This document shows positions 31,901 through 40,280 of a DNA stretch of 64,000 nt, piece by piece. Source of the DNA: a virus. Within the stretch, counting starts at the first letter, position 1, and every line of letters starts with the position of its first letter. The stretch is from positions 33,799 to 97,798 of IMG/VR virus record IMGVR_UViG_3300025407_000799. One strand, written 5' to 3'. The position numbers and the translations under genes are program-made. The notes under the pieces are model-generated. The model saw nothing but the letters and a program-made list of their open reading frames with translations, did not search any database and was not told the DNA's origin.

Positions 31901-34900
31901 GCCTACAGCAGGCAAGCCAGGTAATACTTGGAAATATTGTGTATCAAATGTTGACTCGGTATTAGCAACTACTGTTCTATAATATTTGTTATTATATTCA
32001 ACAATAGACCCTACAATATATTGTTGGCCTGGAGTCCAAACAGAATATGTTTGACTTATTCCGCCGACATTTATTGCTGATCCTGATTGCTGGAAATCAT
32101 AATAATAAAAATACGGTTGCGTTCTACTATATCCACGGACTTGATATCCTGTCTGAAGTTTAGTAATCATTACACCGCTGTAAGTTAATTTCTTAACAGG
32201 GCTACTTGTGTTTAAGAATATACTATAATCTTCCTTTGGAATGAATACATTTCCAGTACTCATCGGAGTTTTACTTTCTAGTAAAAGATTAAATTGATCT
32301 TGATTTGTAAATGCACCAACACGATAACTTAGTTGTGCTGTCATTAATGCCAAATCAGTTTCGTAACTGTTATAGCTAGCAAGATTATTACTAAAAATAT
32401 AATTTAAAATAAGATCTATAACATAGTTAATAATACCAGATGTTTGTACTCTGTTTTCACTAGAATATATGCTTGGCAGAATTATATCCATTGGACGTAG
32501 ACGCAAACCAGTGTCTTTATAAATCAATTGACCGGCGAGATTTCTAACAATTCTGCTTCTATCTAATAATGTTCCAAATGTTTTTGCAGGAGTTAATAAT
32601 AAACTGGCTGCAATAACACTGAACGGATAATAACTACTTCTACGCCAAGCATTCTCAACTGGCGCAACATCACCGAATACATAATCGCCATCAACACTTG
32701 GTGTAATTGGACCATTGGCTAACCCTGTTATTGTTGGGTTTAATAAATTACCAGACTCGTCTACTGGAATGCAGTTCATTAAGAAAGGTTTAGCATATTT
32801 GGTTTGATATACTAAAGGTTTTCCAGGTTCTCTAATTATACCTTCAGATATATCTTGCCACATTACAAGATTATCTTTAGTGTAAGGAGAAGGCCCATAG
32901 ACACTAATCCACCAGCTAGGCATAATACTAAACCCTAGCATTTCCCAAGGACAAATGTTTGGACGGTCAGTGTCTAGCAAATATTTGTAAATACCTCTCC
33001 AGTATCCTGGTATCTTTCCACCAGTAGGTCCAGTACTACGTTTGTAGTTGTATGTAAATGGATTTCCAATATCGTAGCTTAGAGGTTTAGTAAAATCGCT
33101 ACCAATTAATCCTGTCCATTTATAAAAATTAGGTGCTAATACTTGTTCAAATTCTACTCGGCTATAATCATTTGTTCTATTATAACTAGGAATAATATCA
33201 TTAATATCAAAAATAGTAGGATCGTATTGAACTTTTATGTTATTAAAAATACGTTTTTCTAATTCTAAAATAATATCATCTCTGTAGTCATTGTATGCTA
33301 AGACTAAACTTCCGTCATGTCCTTGAATAATGTTTACAGGAGTCAATAATGTAGTGTCTAAGTATTTCTTTGGTTCATACTTTGGCCACATTCCTAATTT
33401 TGTAGGTGTTGATGGGATAAAACAACCGTCAGTACTTTCATATTCGTAGGTAGTTATAGTATCACCGGTAACTAGAGAATGTATTATATCAATAAATCCT
33501 TGACTATCAAAAGTATAGTCGGTTCCATACACAAGTTGTACTTGATTTAAATATACACCAACCGCTTTATTAGACATTGTGTCTAAATTGAATACAGTTG
33601 TAAGAGGATACTTTTTAATTCTACCGTCAACAACAGGCAAATCTGTTACTAATTTTGCACCGTATGGAACCATATCGGTAAAATAATAAGGTGCTGTATT
33701 TGGTTTGTTGGCATTAATTTTTTGTAAAATTAAATCAACCATAGTAACTGGATCTGCATCTATACCTAAGTTAGAAGCAATAGATAAGAAATTACGTTTA
33801 AAATTATTGTAATCATCTCGAGCAGTTTCAATTGCTTTAATTACATTTGTATTTTCACTTGTTATATGATATAAGCTAAGACTTAATGGTCCACTATGTT
33901 GCACAAAACGTGTACCGTATTGTGTTATATTACCAAGATCCCTTAAATCGCTTTCACCCGGAAAAGCTCCAATAAAATCAATATTGTCTACGATTGTGTT
34001 TACATGATCGGTAACTTCACCTAATGTAAAGTCCGCCATACTATCGTTTAATGGATTATTTTGTAAATTAATCGGTATTTCATAATAACCGTTAGAATTT
34101 ATAGGCTGTGCAGCAAATGCTTTAATTGTCAACACATCTGTTAACGATATTGCTGTGTTTAATACAATTTTTTTATAAAGAGTAGTATCAACTAACTTCC
34201 ATTCGGTAGAATTTAATCTTTGCCCGTTAACATAAATGCGAACAACTAAATCTGAAAGATTTGTAATATCGTCAAATATATCTAAATTAAAATTATTTGT
34301 AATCTTAGAATTTTTATAAATTCTAACAGCGGCTTGTACAGTTTTAGTATTGCAAATTTGCCAACCGTTCTGGTACATAGGACGGCCTGCATAGTCTTGT
34401 CCTACTAAAAATCCTACATCAATTTTTTGTGTAATAAGATTTGTAGTTTGTTTGTATTGAAAACTATCAGTTGCTAGATTAAAATTAAAAACTATATCAC
34501 CAATGTTTGCTACATTTTGATAGCTTAATGGAAAACCTAAAACGCTATCATTGATACTATTGCCAACTTTGTAAGAAAATAACTGTGTGCCTTTGAAGGT
34601 AGATCCATTATATACACTGGTATCTCCGTAACTAATTCCATTGTTGTCTACTATATCAAACAATGGCGCTTGATTGGTATTAGTTTTTTGTTGTGCTTCT
34701 ACCCAAGTTGTTCCATTAAACCAGAACATTTGGCTATAATAAGTTTTACCAGATTTAATTATAGCTGTTTGTCCAACGGTAGGAGTTTCAGCTTCTACTA
34801 AATGAATTTGTTTACTACCAGAATTTAAATGACGCAGATCTACAAAAGTTACTTCGTAAACTTTATTAACAACTAATGGATCAATATCAGCTGTAACTAA

Positions 34901-36310
34901 AATTCTATGTCCTTGTACTAGATCAACGCCGTCGATATTATAACCACTACTTCCTTCTATGGTTGAAAATACGTCTACTGTAAAATTATCAATTAAATCT
35001 ACATCTGTTATGGCTTGTGTACCAAAATTAAATAATTTTAAATCTGAAACAAATTCAATAATTGGTCGTGTTGCTCTAGCTTTTTGATCTAACTCAGGTG
35101 CAATGTTGTTATAAGCACAACTTGCTTTAATTACATCTTGGTGGAACCAACGATTATATCTTGACCAAGGATTGTGATCTCGACTTGTTCTGTTAATAGT
35201 GATATAGTCTTGTACGCTGGCATAGCCAGTAGCATCACTAAATGGTTCAGATTCGAATGGTGTGCTATCAAATGCAGAAGTTTGTTCAATAGTATAAGGT
35301 GTGATAATTTCTAAAACACTAGTTGGTACTAAACGTATTGCTGTACCTACACCATCAACATAATATTCACCTTTTCCGTAACTAGCAGGTGTAACATTAC
35401 CACCAAAACTTACTTTCATACCGTTACTAATAGCGGTACCGTCTGTTAATTTGTATGTTTGTTTTCCAAGAAAATCTTTTTCAACATCGATAAAGCTATT
35501 TTCATCAATGCTAAAAACTTCAATACTACCACCAAGATTGATATCTGTTTCACTTTGATAATATAGTATACTTGGTGCATCTAGCGGCACAGTAAAAGTT
35601 ATTGTTCCATCAGTTACCGCATAGTTATCAATGTTTCTATTAATATATCTATCAATGGAACCAATAGATCGAGATAATTTAATACTAAAAGGATTACCTG
35701 GACTATTGATTACAAATGTATAAGTATGACCTTTATAAATTTTAAGTATTGGATCAGGTGTGAATCCATCAGGAGTAAACACATACTGATTATTTGCTCC
35801 TTCATTTTGTAATTCTACAGAGATAGTACTAGAAATTTTTTCTTGCTGTCCATAAATTTTAATAACTTCTGGACCGTACGGCAACCAATAATAATTTTGA
35901 AAATTAACGAACTTATCCCAATCGATATGCGGATCCCAACTGTAAAATTCTTGTGAATTTAAGCGTTGGTGACTCTTTGTATTACCGCCAAAGACGCCAA
36001 TTTGATTAATATAGTCAATGTAATCTTTAAAGAATTTAACATTACCAAGACTATCTCTAATAGTAATACCTGGCTCTAGTTGATAATTTTGTCGTGTTGT
36101 ATCTGCAGCTGAAATATAATTGTCAGTGCCTATAGCAGCTTTTGCATTTTCTCTTCCGATAAATCCGCTAGTTTTTGTAACACTACCTGGTTGGAATAAC
36201 TGGTCTATTGTTGCTTGTAAAAACTTTTTATTTGCCGGAGTTTGAAAATACTTTGGTAATAAGTTTAAACTAGGGCTTGTGATACCTGTTGGGTTATTAG
36301 CATTAGCCAT
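19928..36310 (-). CDS. giant 5460-aa virion structural protein (baseplate wedge/adsorption apparatus candidate)
   Basis: Uninterrupted 16.4-kb ORF directly after the gp6-like gene; FG-GAP-like blades, W.P...Y..G.I..Y....Y modules, V..I.I...G.GY...PT.TI repeats. Confidence 0.8.
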   Translation of the reverse strand: MANANNPTGITSPSLNLLPKYFQTPANKKFLQATIDQLFQPGSVTKTSGFIGRENAKAAIGTDNYISAADTTRQNYQLEPGITIRDSLGNVKFFKDYIDYINQIGVFGGNTKSHQRLNSQEFYSWDPHIDWDKFVNFQNYYWLPYGPEVIKIYGQQEKISSTISVELQNEGANNQYVFTPDGFTPDPILKIYKGHTYTFVINSPGNPFSIKLSRSIGSIDRYINRNIDNYAVTDGTITFTVPLDAPSILYYQSETDINLGGSIEVFSIDENSFIDVEKDFLGKQTYKLTDGTAISNGMKVSFGGNVTPASYGKGEYYVDGVGTAIRLVPTSVLEIITPYTIEQTSAFDSTPFESEPFSDATGYASVQDYITINRTSRDHNPWSRYNRWFHQDVIKASCAYNNIAPELDQKARATRPIIEFVSDLKLFNFGTQAITDVDLIDNFTVDVFSTIEGSSGYNIDGVDLVQGHRILVTADIDPLVVNKVYEVTFVDLRHLNSGSKQIHLVEAETPTVGQTAIIKSGKTYYSQMFWFNGTTWVEAQQKTNTNQAPLFDIVDNNGISYGDTSVYNGSTFKGTQLFSYKVGNSINDSVLGFPLSYQNVANIGDIVFNFNLATDSFQYKQTTNLITQKIDVGFLVGQDYAGRPMYQNGWQICNTKTVQAAVRIYKNSKITNNFNLDIFDDITNLSDLVVRIYVNGQRLNSTEWKLVDTTLYKKIVLNTAISLTDVLTIKAFAAQPINSNGYYEIPINLQNNPLNDSMADFTLGEVTDHVNTIVDNIDFIGAFPGESDLRDLGNITQYGTRFVQHSGPLSLSLYHITSENTNVIKAIETARDDYNNFKRNFLSIASNLGIDADPVTMVDLILQKINANKPNTAPYYFTDMVPYGAKLVTDLPVVDGRIKKYPLTTVFNLDTMSNKAVGVYLNQVQLVYGTDYTFDSQGFIDIIHSLVTGDTITTYEYESTDGCFIPSTPTKLGMWPKYEPKKYLDTTLLTPVNIIQGHDGSLVLAYNDYRDDIILELEKRIFNNIKVQYDPTIFDINDIIPSYNRTNDYSRVEFEQVLAPNFYKWTGLIGSDFTKPLSYDIGNPFTYNYKRSTGPTGGKIPGYWRGIYKYLLDTDRPNICPWEMLGFSIMPSWWISVYGPSPYTKDNLVMWQDISEGIIREPGKPLVYQTKYAKPFLMNCIPVDESGNLLNPTITGLANGPITPSVDGDYVFGDVAPVENAWRRSSYYPFSVIAASLLLTPAKTFGTLLDRSRIVRNLAGQLIYKDTGLRLRPMDIILPSIYSSENRVQTSGIINYVIDLILNYIFSNNLASYNSYETDLALMTAQLSYRVGAFTNQDQFNLLLESKTPMSTGNVFIPKEDYSIFLNTSSPVKKLTYSGVMITKLQTGYQVRGYSRTQPYFYYYDFQQSGSAINVGGISQTYSVWTPGQQYIVGSIVEYNNKYYRTVVANTESTFDTQYFQVLPGLPAVGGVDVIFRKIWDRSTLITVPYGTEFSSAQEVVDFLLGYGEYLKNQGFVFDDYNSNLESVLNWETSAKEFLFWSTQNWSTGQEKWSDWKPNQAISYGTILRYNGNYYSAITNIPPSAEFNADDFNKLDGLSAAGASVISLSPSAAAVTFTTTLTVVDDISNKFNNYEIFKVDGTSISPKQMDSYREGNTITYAPRTTDGIYSASFYLIQNEHVVTIKNTDIFNDVIYNPPSGYRRERIKVSGYVTTNWYGGLDIPGFIFDAASVDSWQPWQDYNMGDIILHQGHYYSANKFLAGSDTFVSSDWSVMSKTPSPVIMPNWTNLATQFTDFYSLEVDNFDSQQQKMAQHLIGYQKRQYLENIIQDDVSEFKFYQGMVREKGTQNVLNKLFNVLSSDNAESLMFYEEWALRVGQYGANRAFEDVEFVLDEGNFNSNPQAVALVQHYDSSINDFVIQQAAQDVYLKPAGYNSNPFPVFDDTNPYKPLLRSAGYVNPADVLLSLGTIDELTTQDITKFNNGDCVWVAFEGNSWNVYRYTDMNITVENAIYNPTLKQITISTKYLSGITAGMYIGISQVSQFSGFYKVESVNLNSFVISKTVNGWINPFVEQDRMVVFAMISQRTTSINNLDSVIKKDLLPGEIVWTDDAGSKSWGTWKYNPVYSEFLVNNSFPSDETNFGLRVSVNKKGDMLAVGDNRGNVVTYYRAQSNLSWAEKQLISAPTVSSISDNTPVSAIAFSPDGTWLAVGSKSAGSVSSSYKGEYNSSLDYGSNSIVKLGDSLYRTLTAIQHEYIVTDFSATTTSLGSGAIFDVVVVPTATRVIGDATVPTAGYYNVVIKYGGIGYAPGNKIKISGTQLGGISPDDDLTITIPTDGVTTTSSIKLNAAITISGSPSTLNNGILLAKTTPGVSGSVISGAGATLRIITPPYGYRIAPNSGALGGTRYSIGDTITVLGSQLGGVNVVNDFILTVSSVDQNGAISNFTVNGQPSWQQISYIPSEINRYGQLIESGYFSIGNTYEISVLGTTDWNYIANTTGVTYNVGDTFVARQSGKVLATDLQSGSTYVIIFQGTSNFLLAGASSNAIGTAFIADAPITGTGFVFNGTGVAIEQIKAYDSTTVGQGIVTLYKKNNDNFYSIVDTIISEDPVDNENFGATLVFGQDSLYVGALGGSSYDGLTNNVGRVYKLSYGVQKSVSATYNPVGSSGVTLVVSSTNPIPLYNVSPGMLVTGTGFISGQYVLQILSTTTLILSAPPTGTPDGTITFKTIDWGYNSFLAGTTVGDNFGRNIQVSADNSIIAISTEDGNGNGIVQIFKNGITLQPISGTDVSFGTSLSVSDDGVYIVVGDGTQNGTVNVYKFNGAEYGPTPYQTLVDHYSEIQGHFGNKVAFMNGGKTIAVYSQSGNASITTTFDSYAKTLENNQDNPYLSDTTSQATTPSTYDKNSTLFVQTQIGSGRVDIYDMYGDKWVFSESLQSADTSSDGYGIGFSAGDNTVVVGAPYATDQTHIQSGQVYSYVKPSDKYSWTLDKTSSLIPIVSRVKKAFLYNKNLGTLVSYLDTIDPLQGKIAGVADEEIKYKSFYDPAVYSDNPGSVNVNADNSSYWSKNQIGQLWWNLSTAKFVESYFDDVNYRNNSWNKLAPGASIDIYEWVESKLLPAQWDAQADTPAGLALGISGTSLYGNNVYSVRQQYNNLTKAFVKTYYFWVKNKSVVPHVPGRNITALDVASLIANPRGQSYSYLSLLGPDSFSLTNTRQYLKDKDVVLAVEYWLTNKTDQNIHSQWKLISNDPIVDLPLTLEQKWFDSLCGVDSAGRGVPDLTQPPKLRYGVENRPRQSMFVNRIEALKEFVERTNRTLILNQISENYNISALESYDTPPTVISGLYDNTLDTDAELPYLNITSFRKAILNPVITNGTITSIDITFAGSGYLIAPTVTIDSPGKNAVLKTTINSLGQITNVSVVSGGFGYDISNTTLTVRTYCVLVKSDSVANNNWSIYAYDTTSKIWSRILTQAYDVRNYWNYVDWYATGYSQYSAPDHAVDTFVELNTLQSKIGELVKVRTVNAGGWLLLEKYANSTSVDWTQSYNIVGIQNGTIQLSTKLYNFESTNIGYDSDIFDGGSFDVVASTELRIILNTIKENIFIGNLKQNYLDLFIAAIHYAHSEQVYIDWAFKTSFVRATHNVGKLDQPVNYPVDNIANFEDYVSEVKPYRTKLREYISNYTGLEVGQSAITDFDLQPVYSNNKVVPVDTIFDGTGVSSNNSVIQTYPWKFWNDNLGFVVTDLVIISGGSNYITPPQVIITSESGSGATAQAFIVNGAVSRIVLTNPGTGYLSTPTVTISGGLGPIGISARVIAVIGKGVVRGSLIGIKFDRTDYTYYNTVLQKTQTFTGSGSRLQWALTWAPDTRIGQNTVTINGIPALRENYKLSVIKAKYNGYTHYTGVITFLTPPSNQSIIVVTYKINQSLLNAVDRIQYYYNPTSGQLGKDLTQLLTGTDYGGVQVNGLGFNSIHGWDSNPFGTDTWDNFDSNYTDYFVTATADQLRSFTLPYQLNPGTEINVYHAASTEDRTTISALNSNQIKFEYNILATTVVVTSVVTKTAAGPTTTYNPVGSYYTTLTVSDATGILIGMAVVGTGFTSGQTVTYVDYTNKTLTLSKAPDSTPTGVLTFTYNYAGSNKLTLNSVDGINLGDVVTSDAVSVFAYDTVVENIDTNTNTITLGTPDSSTTLNANNISGDGHTVTITFDTQKYVPFESGTTIIVTGFIPNSYNGIYKVTNASFNFVSFTSLLQAPSTTIGTVSLILNSVIFKDPAQINNYYPIVNGNSIQFTKLLKDTIDMVVNNDGTVVLLSYVPAIGAEIVITGKTSPVRLDDPKFGTVDQKNSKAKMQTPFPVFSVTVTSPGRYTQLPAITFSDSDLNAPSYTASATPIMKAVDVSYNGNNLGTGYTVGDILVATPQYGPANVTMINSSIVNSTLVVGTITSGEIYPGMILTGSGIAQFDSLISTGIRGDGTIATITFATRASIPFALGQYTEVSGFPNGFNGKYIVTDVTDHSVSYENTTVLSQTFVVGTVSSVDITYITGLDPSSHGTGNGSFWTLNRKLTTASTTITGSSAVILQVTRTASFTEIGPIDELQILSSTIYEGGVDEASQSLMGGTGQNATITLVYGVDSVVLANPGSGYLNNPTITFEQGIETATATATIRQVVNSSTANTVVTISDSYPVTVGDEFVIRQASSDGSVAPADQDYDTSITGGDLAYTTATGILADDIIIDGDGLVTPTSSPAPEEVMPGQVVDTLAIKVYDQTYNAGAKVKIDNYVGDGSLLTFAYSQLLNNPGAIVVKVDNVIKVAGVDYNVSFNQNRIVFVQPPAANKIISIFTIGINGQNILDGDYFICDGITSEFITRAKWLDTVSSVIYLNGVLVNPILFKTDNTYSLGGMIGLRFSVTPAAGSVINYIIVASAIQTVAVTQTELLPLYAIPQNTFKLDNPVGVGLPAESNMIVIVDNTVLEAPANSYFTITSDTLAYTISADQFTLNAVQYSDVRVYIDKKLIALNKEYVVDLTGLTVTLRKKIRDKNIGKQLVVSIRTNAEYSYDSTTGDLTLNNSYDSSHKIQVLTSYNHDILDLERTTVNISSLVSSIPGSVDYYRYQDATRGIINLNHTVPDEEYAWIIQNGRLLTPLIDYQMLSNHQSVQLTVPPAPTDKISVLLFNNNVPQPGISYMQFKDMLNRTVYKRLALNRHTLLAQELNWYDTQIVVKDGTVLTTPNPSTNKPGVIEIAGERIEYFKKDLNILSQLRRGTLGTGVRSYSNVGTSVQDIGTDSTIPYSDITDVRPIISDGVTTTFNLDLGFTLDPTFTDYNSLFEVFVGGQDDLRRLKKYDYVHYNPTLAPYSPTIPISDTDPVGTIKDGDEKFAKEFVVSNVTTAGSVITLANVVTQGTQITIIRKSGQSWDGDHSANPVNILNDVSNIASFLKATPGIWYTGFNNNRKLTIDSSKVTFDSGNVTLDKG

Positions 36311-39300
36311 TAGTTACTCCGTAGTTTGCGCTGATAATATTTTGACTAGTTGTAAATGAGTTCAAAGCTGTACCTGTTACTGTTTTTAAATTTGTGTTAG
36401 TTAATCCTGATACAATTACAATATTAGATGTAGTTGCACAGCTAACAAATATTTGATTGCTTGGACACTGAATTTCAAACAAACTACCAAAGTATTGATT
36501 AGTTTGTACTGGAACAATTACAAAATTTATAACATCGGGTGCTAGTTGATTGATAATGTACGTGCTTAGTTCTGAAAAATAAAATGTGTCTCCAAAGTTC
36601 CAATTTTCAAGGGCAAAGAATGTGTTTATTGCAGATAACACACGGGCTTGAATGTCAGCATTTGATACAGCACTATTTGGATTTACCATAACATTAAACG
36701 TTGCTTGTAAACTAGGATCGGCAGCTGGTCCAAATAAAAGTTTATATGTAACTGGATGATAAATTATTTCGTCGCTGATAGATTTAATTAAATTAAGAGT
36801 TGGACTTAATAAATTGTTTAGCTCATCGCTGCTTGGAGGTAGCGGTTCAGTAACATTGCTGCCAACTAGCCATTGTCTAAACTGTGAATCATAATCTGAC
36901 GTCAACACATATACATCCATAATATTACTTGAACCTGGATCTATACGACTATCATAATCTGCACTATGAACATATTGGAATTTTAATTTGTCGCGGCCGG
37001 TGTATACTTTATAATCTAAAGTTGGAATAGGATTAACAGATGTTGAAGTATACTGCGTAACTACTTGTGTATCAGTAAAATACAAATACTGACCGTCTAT
37101 TAAATTTAAATCGCTAAAGCCTGTAGAAGTTGTAAAAATTACGGGTCCAACATTTAGATCGGTTGGGTTATTATAAACATACTTGTAATCTTCTTGGCCA
37201 TTACTAATAGAATATTTTTGTTGAACAATATATGTATTATTAACAATGTCAGTAAACAATTGAGGATTGTCTACTACACCATTATTATTAGTATCAGCAA
37301 AACTAATAACAATCTTAGTAGGATCTATATATCCATCTTGCCCTACATATTCGCTAACAACTTGCCAAGAAATATCTTCTGTATAAGGTTTATTTAAATT
37401 TAAAGAGTCAGGATTTACACTTAAAACTTTAATAGTATCGGTAATAGTATTACTTGAAATAGTATCATAAATTTTAACATTAGTGTCAAAGTAGAAAGTT
37501 ACATCTTGATCACTTTCAAATACATATCGTAACTGACGACTAGTAACTGTATAATATTCGTTATTAGTATCAAATAACAAGAACCAGCTAGAGTCGAGAT
37601 TTAAAGCAGATGTATTACCTTGATTAGCAAGACTAAATGGACCAGTCTTGTTTAGGCTTTGTTCAAAAATAATTTGCCAACTTTGTGTAGACACATCGTA
37701 GCGTAATCCAAATGGTTTATTTTCTAAAATTAAATCTACCATAGTTGTAATTACAGAACTACTGATAGTTGTAGTAAATTTAGGAATAATTTGATTAGCA
37801 ATTGGCGCGGCTTCCACTGTGCCATCAGCATAATATCGTGTTGGTATACTACGATTTAATACAATCGGTCCATTGCCAGCTACAGTTTTTCCAGTACCGT
37901 TTCCAGTACCGTCTTCTGATACACTAACTACTTCTGCCCAGATATAGAACGAAGTTCCTGTTGGGTTAGAAGGAGATTGATTTGGTTTTAATTTGTTACC
38001 GTCATTTTTATCAAAGTGATAACCAGTTGGTGCTGTAAATTTGATTAAACTTTGTGGAGTAAGATAGCGCAAATCAGTATAAGTGAAAGATGAAACTTTA
38101 TAAGGATTATTAAAAGTACCGATATAACCACTGCTGGTGTTGCTATCAGTAGTCACACTATACCAGGATACATTTAAACTACTTGTTAAAAAATCAACGA
38201 AATTTGTATAATAAAAATCTCTTAGACTTGGTGTGTTTAAAATATCATAAATTGTATTGTATATAACACCTTGAATATCAGATTGTGTTACATAGGTAAA
38301 GTTTACACTAGTGGTAAAAGGTTCTCTATATAAAATACCATCATCGGCAAATATATTAGTACTAGAATATTTTCCTGTAGGATCTACTAAGTCAAAATAT
38401 CGACTAATACCGCTACTTGTTCTATTGACAGCTTTTACTTTTGCTACTTTTGTAGTTGCACTTAGAGGATTAATATTATAATCCTCACCTGTAATCATTC
38501 TATTTTGTGTATAGTATGTTTGAGGAGCATTAGTTTTAACACTAGCGTTAGTTTCAGTTGTTGCAGCATTAGATACTGTTGTGGCTAAACTCAAACTAAC
38601 TGATAATGTTTCTGCTTTATTACTTTGACTGATATAAGGAATGTTTATAATAACATTAATAATATCGCCAGGATTGATAGAATATGTTAAGCCGTTGCTA
38701 ACTCGATAATAAATTCTAAAATTACCAAGAGGCAAATTACCAAATGTACCATCACTAAAACTTAAACTGATAGCATCGCTGGCTCTTGTAATTACACTAT
38801 AAATGTCCTTCACACTACTGTTCAAGCTATTATAGATAATGTTATTGCCTGTTAATGCGGGCACTTGAGTCCATAATGTGCTTTCAAGATTTGTTGATTG
38901 ATTTAAACCGTACAACCATACATCTGAATTATTAATATTTTGAGTATTAATATCAATTACTTGATTACTAGTTGGTACTGAAACATTAAATGTTCCTTGA
39001 TTTAATATACCTTGTGTAAAATTAAAGAAGAAACCTGTGCCTGGACTTCCGGCTCCGTGACCGTCATCTCTATAAACACAGGCAATGCTGTTGCCAATCT
39101 TTGGTGGTTCTTCGTAAATGTACGGCTGTCCTTTAAATGTAGTACTTGTAATTTCAAATACCATATTGCGGCCAGCAATAGTTTTAGTAAAAGTATAAAT
39201 TGGAATATCTGTGTTGTTAGCGTTAAATCTATACTGAGCGGTTGGCACTCCGTAAATCGTTGCTTGATCCACAGGACTTCCAAATTGCTGTGTTTGTGGA

Positions 39301-39791
39301 AGGGCAGCATTTATAACTTTGATAAATTGATCGTACCAGTTAGCGTTAGCTGGATCATTCCAACTGATAAACTGTCCTGCTAAATTACGACCGTTGCTAT
39401 CGTATAATACTTCTGTCGTTTGAACGGTGTTTACTTTTAATAAGCCTTTGGCGGCTGTGTTTCTACGGGCATTATAACTGATTAAACGTGCTAAACGTAA
39501 TACACTATCACGACGTTCTGCTAGCTCTAAGAAGTTTTCACGGGCATTTAAGTCAACTCTGAAAGCTATGCTTTGGCCCACGAACGCTATAAGATCGATA
39601 AGGGCAAGGTATTCACTTGACTCAATGTAATCGTTAAAATCTTCAGGAAAATTAGTACGGATATAGTCAATCATTGTACGACGCAAGTTATCAAAATCGT
39701 AACTTTGGAAGTCTGCGTTCTTAAATGATTGATAAATTTTCTGCCAGTCTTCGCTGACTAACAGGTTGTTTAGTCTATCCGTTGAGCTCAT
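36303..39791 (-). CDS. baseplate wedge protein, T4 gp6-like
   Basis: DFDNLR..MIDY, ENFLE.AERR.SVLRLA..ISY, FSDG.FG..P, AP..YYTQNRM.T.EDY. Confidence 0.85.
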   Translation of the reverse strand: MSSTDRLNNLLVSEDWQKIYQSFKNADFQSYDFDNLRRTMIDYIRTNFPEDFNDYIESSEYLALIDLIAFVGQSIAFRVDLNARENFLELAERRDSVLRLARLISYNARRNTAAKGLLKVNTVQTTEVLYDSNGRNLAGQFISWNDPANANWYDQFIKVINAALPQTQQFGSPVDQATIYGVPTAQYRFNANNTDIPIYTFTKTIAGRNMVFEITSTTFKGQPYIYEEPPKIGNSIACVYRDDGHGAGSPGTGFFFNFTQGILNQGTFNVSVPTSNQVIDINTQNINNSDVWLYGLNQSTNLESTLWTQVPALTGNNIIYNSLNSSVKDIYSVITRASDAISLSFSDGTFGNLPLGNFRIYYRVSNGLTYSINPGDIINVIINIPYISQSNKAETLSVSLSLATTVSNAATTETNASVKTNAPQTYYTQNRMITGEDYNINPLSATTKVAKVKAVNRTSSGISRYFDLVDPTGKYSSTNIFADDGILYREPFTTSVNFTYVTQSDIQGVIYNTIYDILNTPSLRDFYYTNFVDFLTSSLNVSWYSVTTDSNTSSGYIGTFNNPYKVSSFTYTDLRYLTPQSLIKFTAPTGYHFDKNDGNKLKPNQSPSNPTGTSFYIWAEVVSVSEDGTGNGTGKTVAGNGPIVLNRSIPTRYYADGTVEAAPIANQIIPKFTTTISSSVITTMVDLILENKPFGLRYDVSTQSWQIIFEQSLNKTGPFSLANQGNTSALNLDSSWFLLFDTNNEYYTVTSRQLRYVFESDQDVTFYFDTNVKIYDTISSNTITDTIKVLSVNPDSLNLNKPYTEDISWQVVSEYVGQDGYIDPTKIVISFADTNNNGVVDNPQLFTDIVNNTYIVQQKYSISNGQEDYKYVYNNPTDLNVGPVIFTTSTGFSDLNLIDGQYLYFTDTQVVTQYTSTSVNPIPTLDYKVYTGRDKLKFQYVHSADYDSRIDPGSSNIMDVYVLTSDYDSQFRQWLVGSNVTEPLPPSSDELNNLLSPTLNLIKSISDEIIYHPVTYKLLFGPAADPSLQATFNVMVNPNSAVSNADIQARVLSAINTFFALENWNFGDTFYFSELSTYIINQLAPDVINFVIVPVQTNQYFGSLFEIQCPSNQIFVSCATTSNIVIVSGLTNTNLKTVTGTALNSFTTSQNIISANYGVTNG

Positions 39792-39809
39792 AATATGTCC
39801 TAATAATGA

Positions 39810-39841
39810 TATTTATCGAATAAAATTATGTGGGTAGTTTA
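39810..39841 (-). promoter_or_regulatory. late promoter ATAAATA with upstream TAAACTAC element
   Basis: Minus strand TAAACTAC (39841-39834), 17 nt, ATAAATA (39816-39810). Confidence 0.6.
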
Positions 39842-40279
39842 TTGTGTAAGTAACAATCCGTTGTCTTGATCGAACTTTAATTGTAAGGCTTCCTGCAAAT
39901 TATACAGCAAATATGTTAGTGTACATTGTATTTGTAGGCCTTGATCGTAGGGTGTAATCACAATATTTCCTGCTTGCACACGAGGATCACTATTAAAAAT
40001 CTGATTAACATTTTGTAGTATAAGATTCTTTATTTCTTCTGTTAAAGGCTCAAATAATACGTCCCAAATAATGGTTCCGTAAGTTGGATTCATTAAACGT
40101 TCGCCCTGTCTGACATAAAAATGATTTAATAAGTCTTGTTTAATTAATTCAAAATCATATAAGGCAAAATTTTTAGTGGCGGTGCTTACTGTACTGAATC
40201 CCCTATAACGCTGTACTGTACGTTGAGGAGTAGTTTTAGTTTGCTCTATGGTTGTTCTAGTGTGTAAACTTGTAGCCAT
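39839..40279 (-). CDS. baseplate protein, T4 gp25-like
   Basis: LIKQDLLN.F..RQGERLMNP.YG..IW..LFEP...DPRV. Confidence 0.88.
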   Translation of the reverse strand: MATSLHTRTTIEQTKTTPQRTVQRYRGFSTVSTATKNFALYDFELIKQDLLNHFYVRQGERLMNPTYGTIIWDVLFEPLTEEIKNLILQNVNQIFNSDPRVQAGNIVITPYDQGLQIQCTLTYLLYNLQEALQLKFDQDNGLLLTQ

Positions 40280-40280
40280 A

